From positions 1-54,266 of the IMG/VR virus record IMGVR_UViG_3300010354_007082: a DNA stretch of 54,266 nucleotides. One strand, 5' to 3'. The notes below the pieces were generated by a model. The model saw only the letters and a list, made by a program, of their open reading frames with translations. It was not told the DNA's origin and searched no databases. Below, piece by piece: positions 40,301-45,832 of this stretch. Numbering within the stretch: position 1 is the stretch's first letter; each line of letters opens with the position of its first letter. The DNA is from a virus. Taxonomy: Duplodnaviria; Caudoviricetes. Both the position numbers and the translations under genes were made by a program.

Positions 40301-41963
40301 GTGTTCCTGTATCAAATAATCTTAAGTTAGGATAAAACTCAATGATAGGACGTTTAGCTTTGTTTTCATAACTACCATATGTTGTTACAATGGTAGGATC
40401 ATTGTTGTATTCAGCAGTTGCTTTAATTACATCAATATGAAACCAACGATTACTACGACTCCATGGATTGTTATTAATAGCATTGCGTGCTATTGTAATA
40501 TAATCAGGTTCGGTAGGCACGTTAAGATTAAAATCAAAATTACCTATATCAAAAGGTAACAAATCATATAATGAAGGTAAATTACTTGTATATGCTTCAA
40601 AATTAACAAGATTACTTGTTTTTACTAATTCAATACTACTACCCACGCCTTGTACATAATATTCTCCAACACTATAACTTGTTGGAAAAATATCACCATC
40701 AAAAATTACTTTTAATCCATTGGTAAATACAACTCCGTTTGGACTGGTATAATTTTGTCTACCTAATATTTCTGTATCAACATTTATTCTGCTTAGTAAA
40801 TTGCTTTCAACTAATTTGATGATACCAACTTTACTTGGTTCAGTTCCATCTTGATAATATAGTGTGTCTAGTTCAGCACTAAGATATGGAATAAGTGTGA
40901 TTACACCAGCTACACTACGATAAAAACTTCTACCTAAATATGTTGTACCATATTGTACATTAAGTTTAACATTAGTTGGAATAGCTGTACCAGCACTTAA
41001 TGTTATTGTAGGATTACTTGTGCTACCACTAGTTGTAATTGTATAGAAGTTTGTAGTTTCAGCAGGGTTTCCTGATCCTGTATCATAAAATAATATGTTA
41101 AGTCCGTTAAGTGATGTTACGCCATCAATACTACCACCTATACTACTTAATGTTTGTCCATTTACTGAAGTATATGGTAATGTACAAACCAAATCTACAT
41201 TTAATGAAGTTGGAAAGTTATATTCATTTTGTGCGTTTTTTAATGGTACATCAAATGTAATTGTACCTGACTGTGTTCCATTATTAGTAACACCCAAAAC
41301 ATTGCGTACATTAAGATTTGGTTGTATTAAACTTGTACCATTTACTTCTGGTTCGCCTTGTATCCAAAAATCTGTATCTTGGTTAATTTCAAATGTATAA
41401 CTACCGCCACGCAATAATGTAATAGTAGGATTATTAGTTTCTACATCGTTGTTACCTTCAACTTGAAAGTTATATGTGGCATTTGTATTTGTAACAATAT
41501 AATTACCGTCAGGATAAACGATTCCACTTTTTACAATAACTGCAGGTGGACCTTCTGCTAACCAATAATATTCATTATAATTTATCAATGTGTCTAAATT
41601 ACAAAAACTGTCCCAACTATAGAATGGAGCACTAAACAAGCTACTATTATTGTCAACAATACCACCTTGTAGTTTTAATGCGTCTAAAATACCTGGGTAT
41701 GATAAGAAATCTTTCGCTACAGTTTCATTTGGTTTGGTGAAAATAACACCAGGATCTAATTGATAATCTGTTCTTGTTTTGTTTGGTTCTGTTACATAAT
41801 AATCATTAGCATTAATACCATACCCTAAACGACTTCCTATATAACCTTCAATTTTGTGTAACTCAGGACCATTTACTAATTGGTCAAGTGTAGCATTTAA
41901 AAATTGTTTATTGGTTGGGGTCTGAAAAATCTCAGGTAAAAAATTTAGTGTTCTTATTCTCAT
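22341..41963 (-). CDS. Giant (6540 aa) mosaic baseplate/adhesin-like virion protein
   Basis: Uninterrupted 19.6-kb ORF directly after gp6-like wedge; VKPYH motif; FG-GAP-like blades (FGYSV...LIVGAP...GRSYVY), Asp-box blades (STDGVTW, STNGNTW, SSDNGVTW), G..V.F.G..G.I...YYV repeats, three DUF4214-like modules. Confidence 0.75.
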   Translation of the reverse strand: MRIRTLNFLPEIFQTPTNKQFLNATLDQLVNGPELHKIEGYIGSRLGYGINANDYYVTEPNKTRTDYQLDPGVIFTKPNETVAKDFLSYPGILDALKLQGGIVDNNSSLFSAPFYSWDSFCNLDTLINYNEYYWLAEGPPAVIVKSGIVYPDGNYIVTNTNATYNFQVEGNNDVETNNPTITLLRGGSYTFEINQDTDFWIQGEPEVNGTSLIQPNLNVRNVLGVTNNGTQSGTITFDVPLKNAQNEYNFPTSLNVDLVCTLPYTSVNGQTLSSIGGSIDGVTSLNGLNILFYDTGSGNPAETTNFYTITTSGSTSNPTITLSAGTAIPTNVKLNVQYGTTYLGRSFYRSVAGVITLIPYLSAELDTLYYQDGTEPSKVGIIKLVESNLLSRINVDTEILGRQNYTSPNGVVFTNGLKVIFDGDIFPTSYSVGEYYVQGVGSSIELVKTSNLVNFEAYTSNLPSLYDLLPFDIGNFDFNLNVPTEPDYITIARNAINNNPWSRSNRWFHIDVIKATAEYNNDPTIVTTYGSYENKAKRPIIEFYPNLRLFDTGTLSKGLVDFVDARTGDALSYVAGQYNYYPDTNVYTTYSGTINGVVAGTSTTITIDKNNVTGTFAVGQYIKDIYQTPTVSVIPNNATITSITGTTTLTITVSWSSAATFTTKTNVQFVATDDPLSSYQLFDGAKIVFVNDSNTETKTKIYVVNFETVDTSIPPVITLTEVPNGQILEDNQFTATRGALYTGRTFYLQGTEYLVAQEKSSINQAPLFDVFDNAGISFSNTEFYPGSSFVGCKLFNYGVDVGVDDPILGFPIRYSSIDNVGDISFDVSLNSDTFNYVINTNPITTNVNTGYVLNYSTRTDFTRQLGWQTSVGDSVQYQVFEFDFDVTRPTSSFVCDVPLNAYSGIELKTKVVGEGAGQYAIQVNDIYLNCLGRYAEQSGLDYWVELLVNNTLTIVEVETLICSSPEALDPSWKNTPFPSVKVFINNEFQLPNSYTVTTNTSSTTIQLIVNSATNTKVQVLLLSNVVSENAYYTIPINLSNNPFNTDITTVNIGDIRSQYQSIFYNTPNITGQLFGANNFRDLGNLVPYGTSIIQNSSSLASVGSFLRLQNHNLFDALLYNSRQYITFKTLLVDTVAQITMNQTYTPSSVLDNALDVINGNKTDTQSFFWSDMIPNKNAYITNQYTFNNDFDTSIFPLSKVYNFTSANYDGVLVYVFRTQSGLTVEKQLVKGLDYTISTDSPSLTVTFDLLQGDVVTVKEYNQTYGSYVPNTPTKLGLYPSFEPKVILDSSYQTPTYFILGHDGSYNKLYGTYNDAIDSLVDFRDQALLEFEKRVYNNLKLSTEVLLRDYEILPGFFRDTTLSVNDFLTIYSEMFLNWVGANRLEYKTQLYNANNEFSYNYWQSGNKINDDEIFQGFWRGINLYFYDTSTPNTTPWEMLGLTSKPSWWETRYGPSPYTSDNFVLWNDLAQGIVWNNGNPYVVQQAIRPNLLDIIPVDSAGNLLSPLSSVVGNFTESLFKREWKVGDVAPVEYSYRKSSTWPFDLMRIFALTKPAEFFNLGIDLDNYKYVEEFNQYLVNERSHLVLSDVQIYGNGVAKTSYINWIVDYEKQVGINATTNITNLLKNLDVRLVYRLAGYSDKTFLKFFVEKGTPNSVNASLLIPDESYALLLYENQPFNRIVYSSVVVQIVNNGYAVYGNSQNIAYFTILNPINNGNVDSITVENVSVRVANDYSNNTSIVPYGTVFNTVQELSQFLASYGAYLQYQGLLFDEIENGLEINVRQLIGEFLYWSQTGWELGNIITINAAANKLYFNKDSNIVQPLTIQRTNFVLNQNLYPIQLNDLSIERDQTEFIVKPLNRGDAISYAQFNVSNFEHGVVFDNITLFDDVIYNLVTGLRQDRILLKGVKTAAWNGTVTASGFILNQDNITEWDKTKAYTKGEIVKYKNKYWTALKKLQPSAIFDELGWKETDYNEIQKGLLPNSSTRSYESALYYNVNQANLEQDSNLLAYSLIGYRPRDYLSTIDLTDTAQVQVYKNFIRNKGSRLSVDTFRGAQLPQGGINYDVYENWAIKTADFGGTLNDNFFEVRLSESLLTGNPSILSLTNGVPTIGAQQYVPLYQIYNYITPITNINVLPTIESYTPSELYPTAGFVNFNDVKMSSYFYGDLPNAVNTDNVVVPITDFYVGDYVWLANFLSDWQVYGWQSIGRVVTMRGNLNGSTTIRFANVHNLSRLDPISIINFDGAANGYYFVTTVVNPYEVIINLTLDVNNNVLTGQGIVLKFTSHKVQNPSDIINLDLLTSEFVKNKAWVETDTNGGWAVYRKSLNYNGTNSFNEPNTTNYGTSVAYDNSFGYLVGDSLDGKLYRYTLNTFTNELELTETITEGTSYGTSITYHNNFIAVSEPSSGSPKVYIYVTNTNSETTNNLIEIQTILNPGSSSNFGSSIDFSRDGNYLYISEIYNSGTNDRVYVYVKENVPLAAGYFVPGQVYTITSVGTTDFTTIGSTDNLVGITFVATGVGTGTGTANQITYRLSPYNNGYVVAPTNQIDFGYSVVTDYNGDTLIVGAPSYDFDINTNNTGRSYVYNRTTQQYEVQYNSILFGYQQFSLGWTPNQASTTVISTTGINDKILCNYTADVIIPATSIVPGLDYKILSVGSTSFTSIGASSNTVGVTFTATSVGTGTGKVYRPLQPVIFKGNLLDSLVQQYKVYFVYTIEEAIINTTFTITIKEDRNSSTVLNIDSAIFATLPYAYFQTNDLQVVKNGVVVQNSDYGVVDDKFVFTAPLLAGDLLSVGDSKLNLIQTLEPSNTPTIGSSYGYSVDTTRYGSELLIGAPYDLNNQTQEGSVYRYTNAGGKYGLIIGTNTVSVSAQRKIYLNGFEVIIPAPTGPNLNASDVANIINSLQLPNIQAVANNGMLMIGIIDSNLAVPNEKLLLTVYDNAVTTLNELGINIYNQTQIILCPHPVGATQFGSSIKFNDFDSVVIGAPVGTRYIFTSFDFTDDENFENDTVFDNNATQFVDDYPNAGAVYMYDYLPAYNESLSNPGNFVYAQSVNDTSSSFGPSPRYGSSVDFNEYSVIVGSPNFSSGSVDGKVNIFNNSVGVKDWAVYRSSSQVVDIERIQNIQIYDVTTNNTLVNLDYIDPLQGKILGAARQNLDYISNIDPAKYNSPDSEINGMVWGPQNVGQLWFDTNNVRFVNYHQNDVKYNSKYWGTVFPGSDVAVYSWVASTVPPNAYVGPGTVYDPTLYVIEPTLNAANQLGDTYYFWVRDTNIIFTQTNKTLADSVVASYIQNPLQSGISYFEPLLPNTFGLYNIQQYLNGVNSILHVGYTTGRSSDIPHSEYTLVRSNFADDFLPGVPEIVTGTQVPIYDQEPTGLYARLLASLSGVDSNDQVVPDFYLPPAVQSGIEVRPRQSFFYDRLLALKNYIQYANTVVKQFPIMEIKPDLSLLYRSFSLGTKLTTTVNNTLADYYADLVNNIYVECLGRYADQGGLDFWVEILVSNTLTLDEVRGLICSSPEALIEGRRTPYDVTNYWTTINWWAPGYDDNTKAAYQVSNYADLATLSVPRGTIVLVGQNVGSQEFYIYEPNLSVGTELSTTISGANATTYATIINEVYLTCLGRYAEQAGLDYWVNVLVNGLATLNEVESYICSSPEAITRASNPNWRRIGLQNGTIEFSEYLYDYPAGRIGFGDNFFDVDDFDEYPSRETYFIIRALCEQIYTEDLLIFRNKSLILLFDFIQAETIQSQNYLPWLNKTSLVDVSHTLRELLPFENFKTDNQVFLENYINEVKPYHVVIKDFLLKYTGTEFYEGNVTDFDLPSQYSVGEQQFITPMLVYNTPTQNNQYLPTSIIWDTVSYKQWFQNKGLSLTTIDNYPATLLDSYVDTSSSFLYVDNVYGFPTTGVIQIDNEQIGYYEIDTASNKVSQLVRGLNGTEIAVHLPNTMVYLQLPEVSVVYGGRGYTEPPRITVEYDTSIYPAPRQYIQLEPVMDNDVLLSVNVINPGQGYMTAPVINVEPSLVVTFSSTDVNSSFSVIRVFAPDLQTGDLVQYKNVSGNKIGGLIDNQWYYINVLAIQPSGIIGLYTTLEDATLDNHRVEFYDSGTGTNTLNLGARVIPTTTSSPTRELSPVLRFDRTSYRPQVTDWVSGSFYAGEIASSTGLVSYASSSVTLESTLPPINNIFSSISDVPLIINNVSNDRLITYSEFARRVVGTNSGSNTVVLLPYDDGAGFSTASGSTFGFTIGMPIIFQGPLQGGIVPNTTYYVASIVSDTTFTISEEQFGPTFTLTTSSVPVIPGAKAYAGTITDTAVLDVYYPRIQQVTQVINNRVYSIPTPIGTGGTNSLYSGVSLLFTGTQFSSIIPNENYFVSAVFDDESFTISHSENTVRATVSQTTSSTNIITVNNTDGFSFNDPVVFTNFVFTSGNFVVGQTYTILSLGTTDFTLLGSPFNTVGQKFVATASGTVLAGGFIPGLLYTIKSVGSTDFTLVGAISNTVGVKFIATGAGSGSGTATQGNGTASTTTFGGISSGTFYYISAIVSSTQLKISTSPGAGDLTLTNQQGTGYCYDQSLIDTLPNGTGNMTMMVALPISPGIVNGQEFTLYPSTKQYPNLTATNTELWGRTINATIGSPDSTVNKIALGKPSPSIDATDYVYINMPLRLTGSSIGGLSTGVTYYIIDYSGYVNPQTGLTTPSLKVDVTQTVAPNTLSCITAEDLYVGMPIVFSEEGLGGVSVGVEYFVNSISYTPGNNSFTISATEGGPAVTVTNDTGIMRGVGEQFIKVSTSRAGTSVSLSQALGPQTIGQNTATLGIPQFSLSSILGGYRVIITNQGSGYTESNLLTISGTAMGGISPDNDCTIYVSNVDSFGAITNVIVSGTPPTISNNYYVKTIGANQLALYSDPLLTIPVVGQTIEVAGSFTIGQLYTIVSLGSTNWNSIGYIGTAVEGGQFVATGIGTGTGTASVIAIPYNGLTTQTVEYISDTGEANRLRLVDPNTSFYQVYDQVFFSGNVGGGLLEYVPYYIHSITSDYLIRLSDYPGGPAKTLTTFDTDSEMYISKLGSIAYKQAPLLYNQSLVRYNNNVYECLISNNDDEFVIGKWELVNSDSRKLNALDRVVGYYSPTINMPGINLPQLMTGLEYPNTTYYGNQFNPAYQFTVETNLQGQEFIPYGYTNTSVINDGTDILITTNTANNSGLFRSADSLAYDIENITVIDVGFTDIVYSGTKYIITTTDSSAPIIESTDGVTWNVNTNISSLTSEPINSIMYYNGKYVAVGEEVYTSTNGNTWTVTANFSSSLPVVMNETKQVSLSSTNYYGVVGSAYVVSGTQYEPFPIFLYSTNATTWSGSIPDSRYFNYSLASNGTVIVGVGQNGIISRSTDLVNWYGVNETFAFSTNVPSNYLNVTSTAGFQVGDSVRFSSAFDVINTTTTYTISNIISSTQLQLTAVTFLTSPTVSSYMYLYPQTSNLNSVQFANGKFIAVGDVYLGEGLIKVSTDSLSWSIVSSNVPNNLNSIIYDSVNSKWVVVGDNNVILTSSDNGVTWDKEATYDVPEPIYTVQGDSFLSGYGPEEMIPGIVEDNLTIQVNTRPGTNWDATLYQHVGYNVVSNVYTPSPSNQVIYSFANLVEIPAQLALFVIDGATGLSTSIYVTNDYTVDWIAQTVTLNSTLTVGDQLRIDVYEVGNGDQLVKSNTFIDPIRTDDNTGFDEIYLNCNYSKTITNGSGLIQDLPYVTNVNCTQTESTYNTITVDNVSAFTLNATVRFQGTVFGNIVADTNYYVKFINTATSSIVISATISSGIAGPVFALSNATGNMTAILSSGAGVPWTDPYVQHNGDRLLVGRTNVALATRSSTNTVVVSTTGGLNAGDTIIFDDNMFGVVTPQTSYNILNIVDGTKFRLEDPLSPGNPLTLTNATGRSVFVTNDYAIGLQPNGVQAKVVFASQYDASTDYLAYSFFGETEPEQYGYTLPETEVFTATAGQTVFILSNYSAYDNETDAIVEVNGLRVSSGYTIDFATTSLTFVTPLSLNDIVAVTTFNQTFRQYLNTQFDIQGLVVTISSITTGPNLGAQVNLSATLGLSNGDAIRFGGVTGTSQINDRTLYVSVVSPTSYELFTDPGLDAADAVSIFDAYTGTGFAWNDRTFTLTTATTVRTFATVNRISVSSIDKLVPGTPVYFTSLTTVNGDSLVGGIVDNDLYWILEVGPSITAGSFIVNEEYIIQDLGTTNWNAIGYVGAPVTGGTFIATGAGSGDGTAFAKSITISSTQDGNEYVLTSAVGVVNISQFKQDDVDRLWVTVNGYRVPSEKLQVYNNNFVGIEVALSNVSDYVTILSMMPSATPNNELYFNNVFVDNTPNIYRTAESTTTWLTEDITDTTSTITVYDASKLLQDVESTQTVPALANNVFTLQLTENSNKILGYTLYNNTLAVAIPNNIVTQTFNGNQPILEIENNPTYIAAGNSVTITMIIGGLIYVNGEQIKFTSYNLGTNEITGLTRGVNVTPTLTFVEKYNRVYAIFDSNLLGPEYYDTDWNSTNTYDTDLTMPLQISNTYPAEFLKSGM
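23250..34545 (-). repeat. Six dispersed ~48-aa Gly/Thr modules AGxFxxGxxYxIxSxGTTxFxxIG...FxATGxGxGxGTA
   Basis: Copies near 34395-34545, 33920-34065, 28600-28730, 28455-28600, 27110-27255, 23250-23400. Confidence 0.85.
31017..39250 (-). repeat. Three dispersed ~65-70 aa DUF4214-like modules (~39060-39250, ~31423-31620, ~31017-31210)
   Basis: IYLNCLGRYAEQSGLDYWV...ICSSPEA; IYVECLGRYADQGGLDFWV...ICSSPEA; VYLTCLGRYAEQAGLDYWV...ICSSPEA. Confidence 0.85.
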
Positions 41964-41964
41964 G

Positions 41965-44900
41965 TTATCTTATCTGAAGTTGATTGGGTGTTAATGCCGG
42001 TATTACTTGTACATCATTTGCTGTAGCTGCGTTTACAAAAATTTCATAAGGTTGACATTTTATTTCATACAAATCTCCAAAAGTCATAGTAGGATCATTA
42101 GGAACTAATACAGCACTGCTTATTAGTTCACCACATTCATTATGTAAATAAGCACTTAATTCACTGAAATAAAATGTGTCACCAAAGTTCCAATTGTTTA
42201 TGTTAAAATAATTATTCATCGCTGTTAGTACCGCACTACGTATTTCACTATCACTAGCATTTGTTGTGCTGTCTTTAATTACTTTAATCGTGGCACGCAA
42301 AGCAGGAGCTGCTTTAGCACCAAATAATGGTTTAAACACTACACTATTCATAACAATACTATCACTTAACATTTTATAATCATTAAGCTGACCATATGCT
42401 GTTTGTAAATCATTTATTGTTGGCATATCAGGTTCAGGAATAGTGTTTGTACTATCCTGTATGTAATTTTGATATGCTGTATAATATGCTTGTGTTACCA
42501 CATAAATGTCAATAATGTTTGTTGTTGCTGGATCAATACGTGTTGTATTATTACTATTATGTCTATATTGGTAACTTAATCCTTGACGACCTGGTTGTAC
42601 ACTATAATTAGTTTGTTCAACTAAAATATAACTTGGAGTTAATACTGTTGTATCTTGTACTGATTTGTAAAATTTATTATCGCTATAAGCATAAAATAAC
42701 TGACCAAGTGGGTATTCATATTTTACTGTTTCAACTTGCGCTTTAGTTGGATATTGATATGCTACTGATGCGCTTGGTATAAGTTGTAATTTTGTTAAGT
42801 TAAGTGGATCTTGAACTGTTTCAAAAAACGCATATATCCCAATATTACTTGCGCCTGTTACGTATCCAGTTATTTCATTAAAGAAGTCAGGATCAACAAG
42901 TATTTGTGTGTTGTTAGTATCAGTACTTGCCACTTCTACTTCAAAATTATTTACGTATCCATCACTTTCAACTTGCTGCCCAACAACATTAACTCTGTAA
43001 TCAATACCTAAACTTGTAGTTGAACTTGGTTGTGTATTGATACTTAAAATATTTACAAAGTCTTGTAATACTTTGCCACTAAATGGATCATAAACTAATT
43101 CATTTTCACTGTAAACAAATCTTGTTTGACTAACACTACCAAACAAATATTCTAATGACCTATATTGTGTTGTATAAATGTTGCTACCATTAGATATAAT
43201 TTTCACAAACCAATTATTATTATCTAAATCATCAACACTCCAACGTTCTTGGTTGACTAGTAAAGAATTATCAAATACTAAAGTAAAGTCTTGTAACAAT
43301 TCCATTTTTAATACAATTTCATCAATTAGTGTATTGCTAAACGTATTATCAAAAACTGGAATTACTGTAGTAATAATAGCTCCAGACGGAATAAAACCAT
43401 TGACTACAACTGGACCTGTTCCATTAGCAAAATTACCTTGTCCATTATTTGTACCATCACCTATAACATTTAAGATTGCTGTCCAAACATGTGTAATAGC
43501 ATTAACAGGAGGTATGCCACTTACTAATCTATATTCATTATTAAAATAATATCCAGTTGGAGCTACAAATTTAACTAATGCTCCTGTTGTAACATATTTT
43601 AAGTTATTAGTTGCTAATGTGTTTACTGTAGCAGGAACTTTTGTTGAGCCACTTAATGTATAGAAGTATCCACTATTACTATTGGCATCAACTGTACTTG
43701 TTTGCCAATATACAGTTGAACTTATGCTATAACGTGTGTAATTTTGTACATAATACTGTAATGGATTATTACCGCCTAGCAATGATGCTAGTTCAACAAC
43801 AAATGCTCTAATACCACTAGTATTATTAAATCTTCTAACAATAACTGCTGGATCTGTGTTTTGATATAATGCCCCGTCTGTTCCAAATGTATTAATACTG
43901 CTATATTTTCCAGTTGGATCTAGTAAGTCTAAATTCTTACTTACACCGATACTACTACGGTTAATTGCCTTACTTTTAATAATACTATTATAAAGTGTAT
44001 ATGGGAAGTTATTGTAATCTTCACCGTTAACCATACGATTTTGTGTATAGTAACGTGTTGGAGCACGTAATTTAATTTCAGCTAATGTTTCACGTGCCTG
44101 TGCTGTGCTTACTGCTAATGGTAGTTCTAAAACAAATGTAATATTTTCATTACGTCCTGATCTACTAACATATGTAAATGTAACACTAATACCCTGCATT
44201 TCATTTGGATCAATCGTATATGTCAATGCGTTTCCAGCACGAACATATGCTCTAAAATTTCCAACTGGTATTTCACTAAAAACACCATCACCAAATATAT
44301 AACTTACTTGGTCATTAAATCTACTATCTACACTAAAGATATTACGTAAACTATTTTCAGTTTGTAGATAAGCATTTGCGTAAACATTCTCAACTTGTTT
44401 CCAAAGCAATCTAGTATTATTGTTTGTATTAAGCTGGTACAACCATGTATCAGTATTATTGATACCTTGAATATCAATGTTTAATACTTGATTTGCTATT
44501 TGTTGTTCATATGTAAAGTCTACTGATTCTAAATTTCCTTGTTTGAAATAAAAGAAGAAACCAGTTTCAGGGCTACCAAATCCTAATTGGTCATTACGAT
44601 ATAATATGTTAAATCTACCAATTGGAGCAGGTGGTATTTCATAGATATAATCTTCATTTAAACTTGTCACACTTACAAGTTCAAAATTCATTGCTAATCC
44701 ATCTACAGTAGATTGAAATGGTACAATAGGTAAGTTACCACTTGGTATACTTATTGAATATTCTTGTGTATTAACACCTAAAATATCAGCAACATTACCT
44801 GGTCTACCAACACGTTGTGGATTAATTAATGTAGCATTAATAATTGCGTTAAATTGTTCTTGCCAATTTGGGTTAGCACTGTCGTTCCATAATATGGGAG

Positions 44901-45318
44901 TATTTGATAAATTTAATCCATTTAAATCAATAACGTTTTCTGTGGTTCTTACACTTGTTACTTTTAAATAACCTTGACCAGCAATATTACGCTTTGGTGT
45001 GTAGCTTACTAAGTTGGCTAATTTAACAACGCTATCACGGCGTTCAGCAGTATCAATAAAATTTTCACGTGAGTTTAAATCATTACGAAATGCTAAACCT
45101 TGGCCCATAAATGCCATAACATCAAGCAATGCGATAAACTCACTACTTTCAATATAGTCATTAAATGTTTCAGGGTAATAAACTCTTAAGTAATCAATAA
45201 AACTTTTACGCAAAGTTTCATAATCGTAACTACGAAAGTCTGCTTCACGGAAAGTTTGATAGATAGCTTTCCAGTCGTTTACCCCAAAAAGTGCTGATTG
45301 TCGTGAACTTATAGCCAT
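41965..45318 (-). CDS. Baseplate wedge subunit, T4 gp6-like
   Basis: DYETLRKSFIDYLR, ENFIDTAERRDSVVKLA..SYTP, FGDGVFSEIP, ETLAEIKLRAP..YYTQNRMVNGEDY. Confidence 0.85.
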   Translation of the reverse strand: MAISSRQSALFGVNDWKAIYQTFREADFRSYDYETLRKSFIDYLRVYYPETFNDYIESSEFIALLDVMAFMGQGLAFRNDLNSRENFIDTAERRDSVVKLANLVSYTPKRNIAGQGYLKVTSVRTTENVIDLNGLNLSNTPILWNDSANPNWQEQFNAIINATLINPQRVGRPGNVADILGVNTQEYSISIPSGNLPIVPFQSTVDGLAMNFELVSVTSLNEDYIYEIPPAPIGRFNILYRNDQLGFGSPETGFFFYFKQGNLESVDFTYEQQIANQVLNIDIQGINNTDTWLYQLNTNNNTRLLWKQVENVYANAYLQTENSLRNIFSVDSRFNDQVSYIFGDGVFSEIPVGNFRAYVRAGNALTYTIDPNEMQGISVTFTYVSRSGRNENITFVLELPLAVSTAQARETLAEIKLRAPTRYYTQNRMVNGEDYNNFPYTLYNSIIKSKAINRSSIGVSKNLDLLDPTGKYSSINTFGTDGALYQNTDPAVIVRRFNNTSGIRAFVVELASLLGGNNPLQYYVQNYTRYSISSTVYWQTSTVDANSNSGYFYTLSGSTKVPATVNTLATNNLKYVTTGALVKFVAPTGYYFNNEYRLVSGIPPVNAITHVWTAILNVIGDGTNNGQGNFANGTGPVVVNGFIPSGAIITTVIPVFDNTFSNTLIDEIVLKMELLQDFTLVFDNSLLVNQERWSVDDLDNNNWFVKIISNGSNIYTTQYRSLEYLFGSVSQTRFVYSENELVYDPFSGKVLQDFVNILSINTQPSSTTSLGIDYRVNVVGQQVESDGYVNNFEVEVASTDTNNTQILVDPDFFNEITGYVTGASNIGIYAFFETVQDPLNLTKLQLIPSASVAYQYPTKAQVETVKYEYPLGQLFYAYSDNKFYKSVQDTTVLTPSYILVEQTNYSVQPGRQGLSYQYRHNSNNTTRIDPATTNIIDIYVVTQAYYTAYQNYIQDSTNTIPEPDMPTINDLQTAYGQLNDYKMLSDSIVMNSVVFKPLFGAKAAPALRATIKVIKDSTTNASDSEIRSAVLTAMNNYFNINNWNFGDTFYFSELSAYLHNECGELISSAVLVPNDPTMTFGDLYEIKCQPYEIFVNAATANDVQVIPALTPNQLQIR

Positions 45319-45334
45319 ATCTTTCTCTTTTTAG

Positions 45335-45342
45335 TATTTATC
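45335..45342 (-). promoter_or_regulatory. Late promoter-like GATAAATA
   Basis: Intergenic, upstream of AGAGA RBS and ATG at 45318. Confidence 0.6.
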
Positions 45343-45362
45343 ATACCAAAATAGTAGTGTTT

Positions 45363-45815
45363 TTATGACGTTAGTGCTGCTCTAGCTGTTTCTGTATTAA
45401 AAAACACACTTAATAATGTGGCTTCGTTAAATGGTGTTATGGCACACTCTACTTCAATTAAAATACCATTTTCTTTTGGATATGACTTAACATAATTAAG
45501 TTGTAATCTTGGATCTAAACTAGCAACTCGTCTGACTTCACTTTCTATACTAAATTGTACATCGGCAGTGTTTGGTTCAAAAACATAATCCCATAATGTT
45601 GTGCCATATTGAGGCTGTCCAACTTTTTGTCCTTGACGAATGTTAAACGCATTTACAAAATCTTGAATGACAAGTTGAGCATCTAGCATACGATATTTTT
45701 TACCAAACACTACAGGATTAGTAACACTACCAAATCCACCAGCATTACCCGCACTTACATTAGTGGTTTTTGGTTTATTTGCGTTTATCGTGCTAAATCC
45801 AATATATGATGGCAT
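45363..45815 (-). CDS. Baseplate wedge subunit, gp25-like
   Basis: D..LV..D..N.FNIR.GQK...PQYGT.LWDYVFEP...DPR motif. Confidence 0.85.
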   Translation of the reverse strand: MPSYIGFSTINANKPKTTNVSAGNAGGFGSVTNPVVFGKKYRMLDAQLVIQDFVNAFNIRQGQKVGQPQYGTTLWDYVFEPNTADVQFSIESEVRRVASLDPRLQLNYVKSYPKENGILIEVECAITPFNEATLLSVFFNTETARAALTS

Positions 45816-45832
45816 AACATATCCTAGTTTAA

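Noticed and set aside
22341-41963. Intein or intron explaining the giant ORF
   Set aside because: No intein splice-junction or LAGLIDADG/HNH motifs noticed; length is explained by repeated structural modules.
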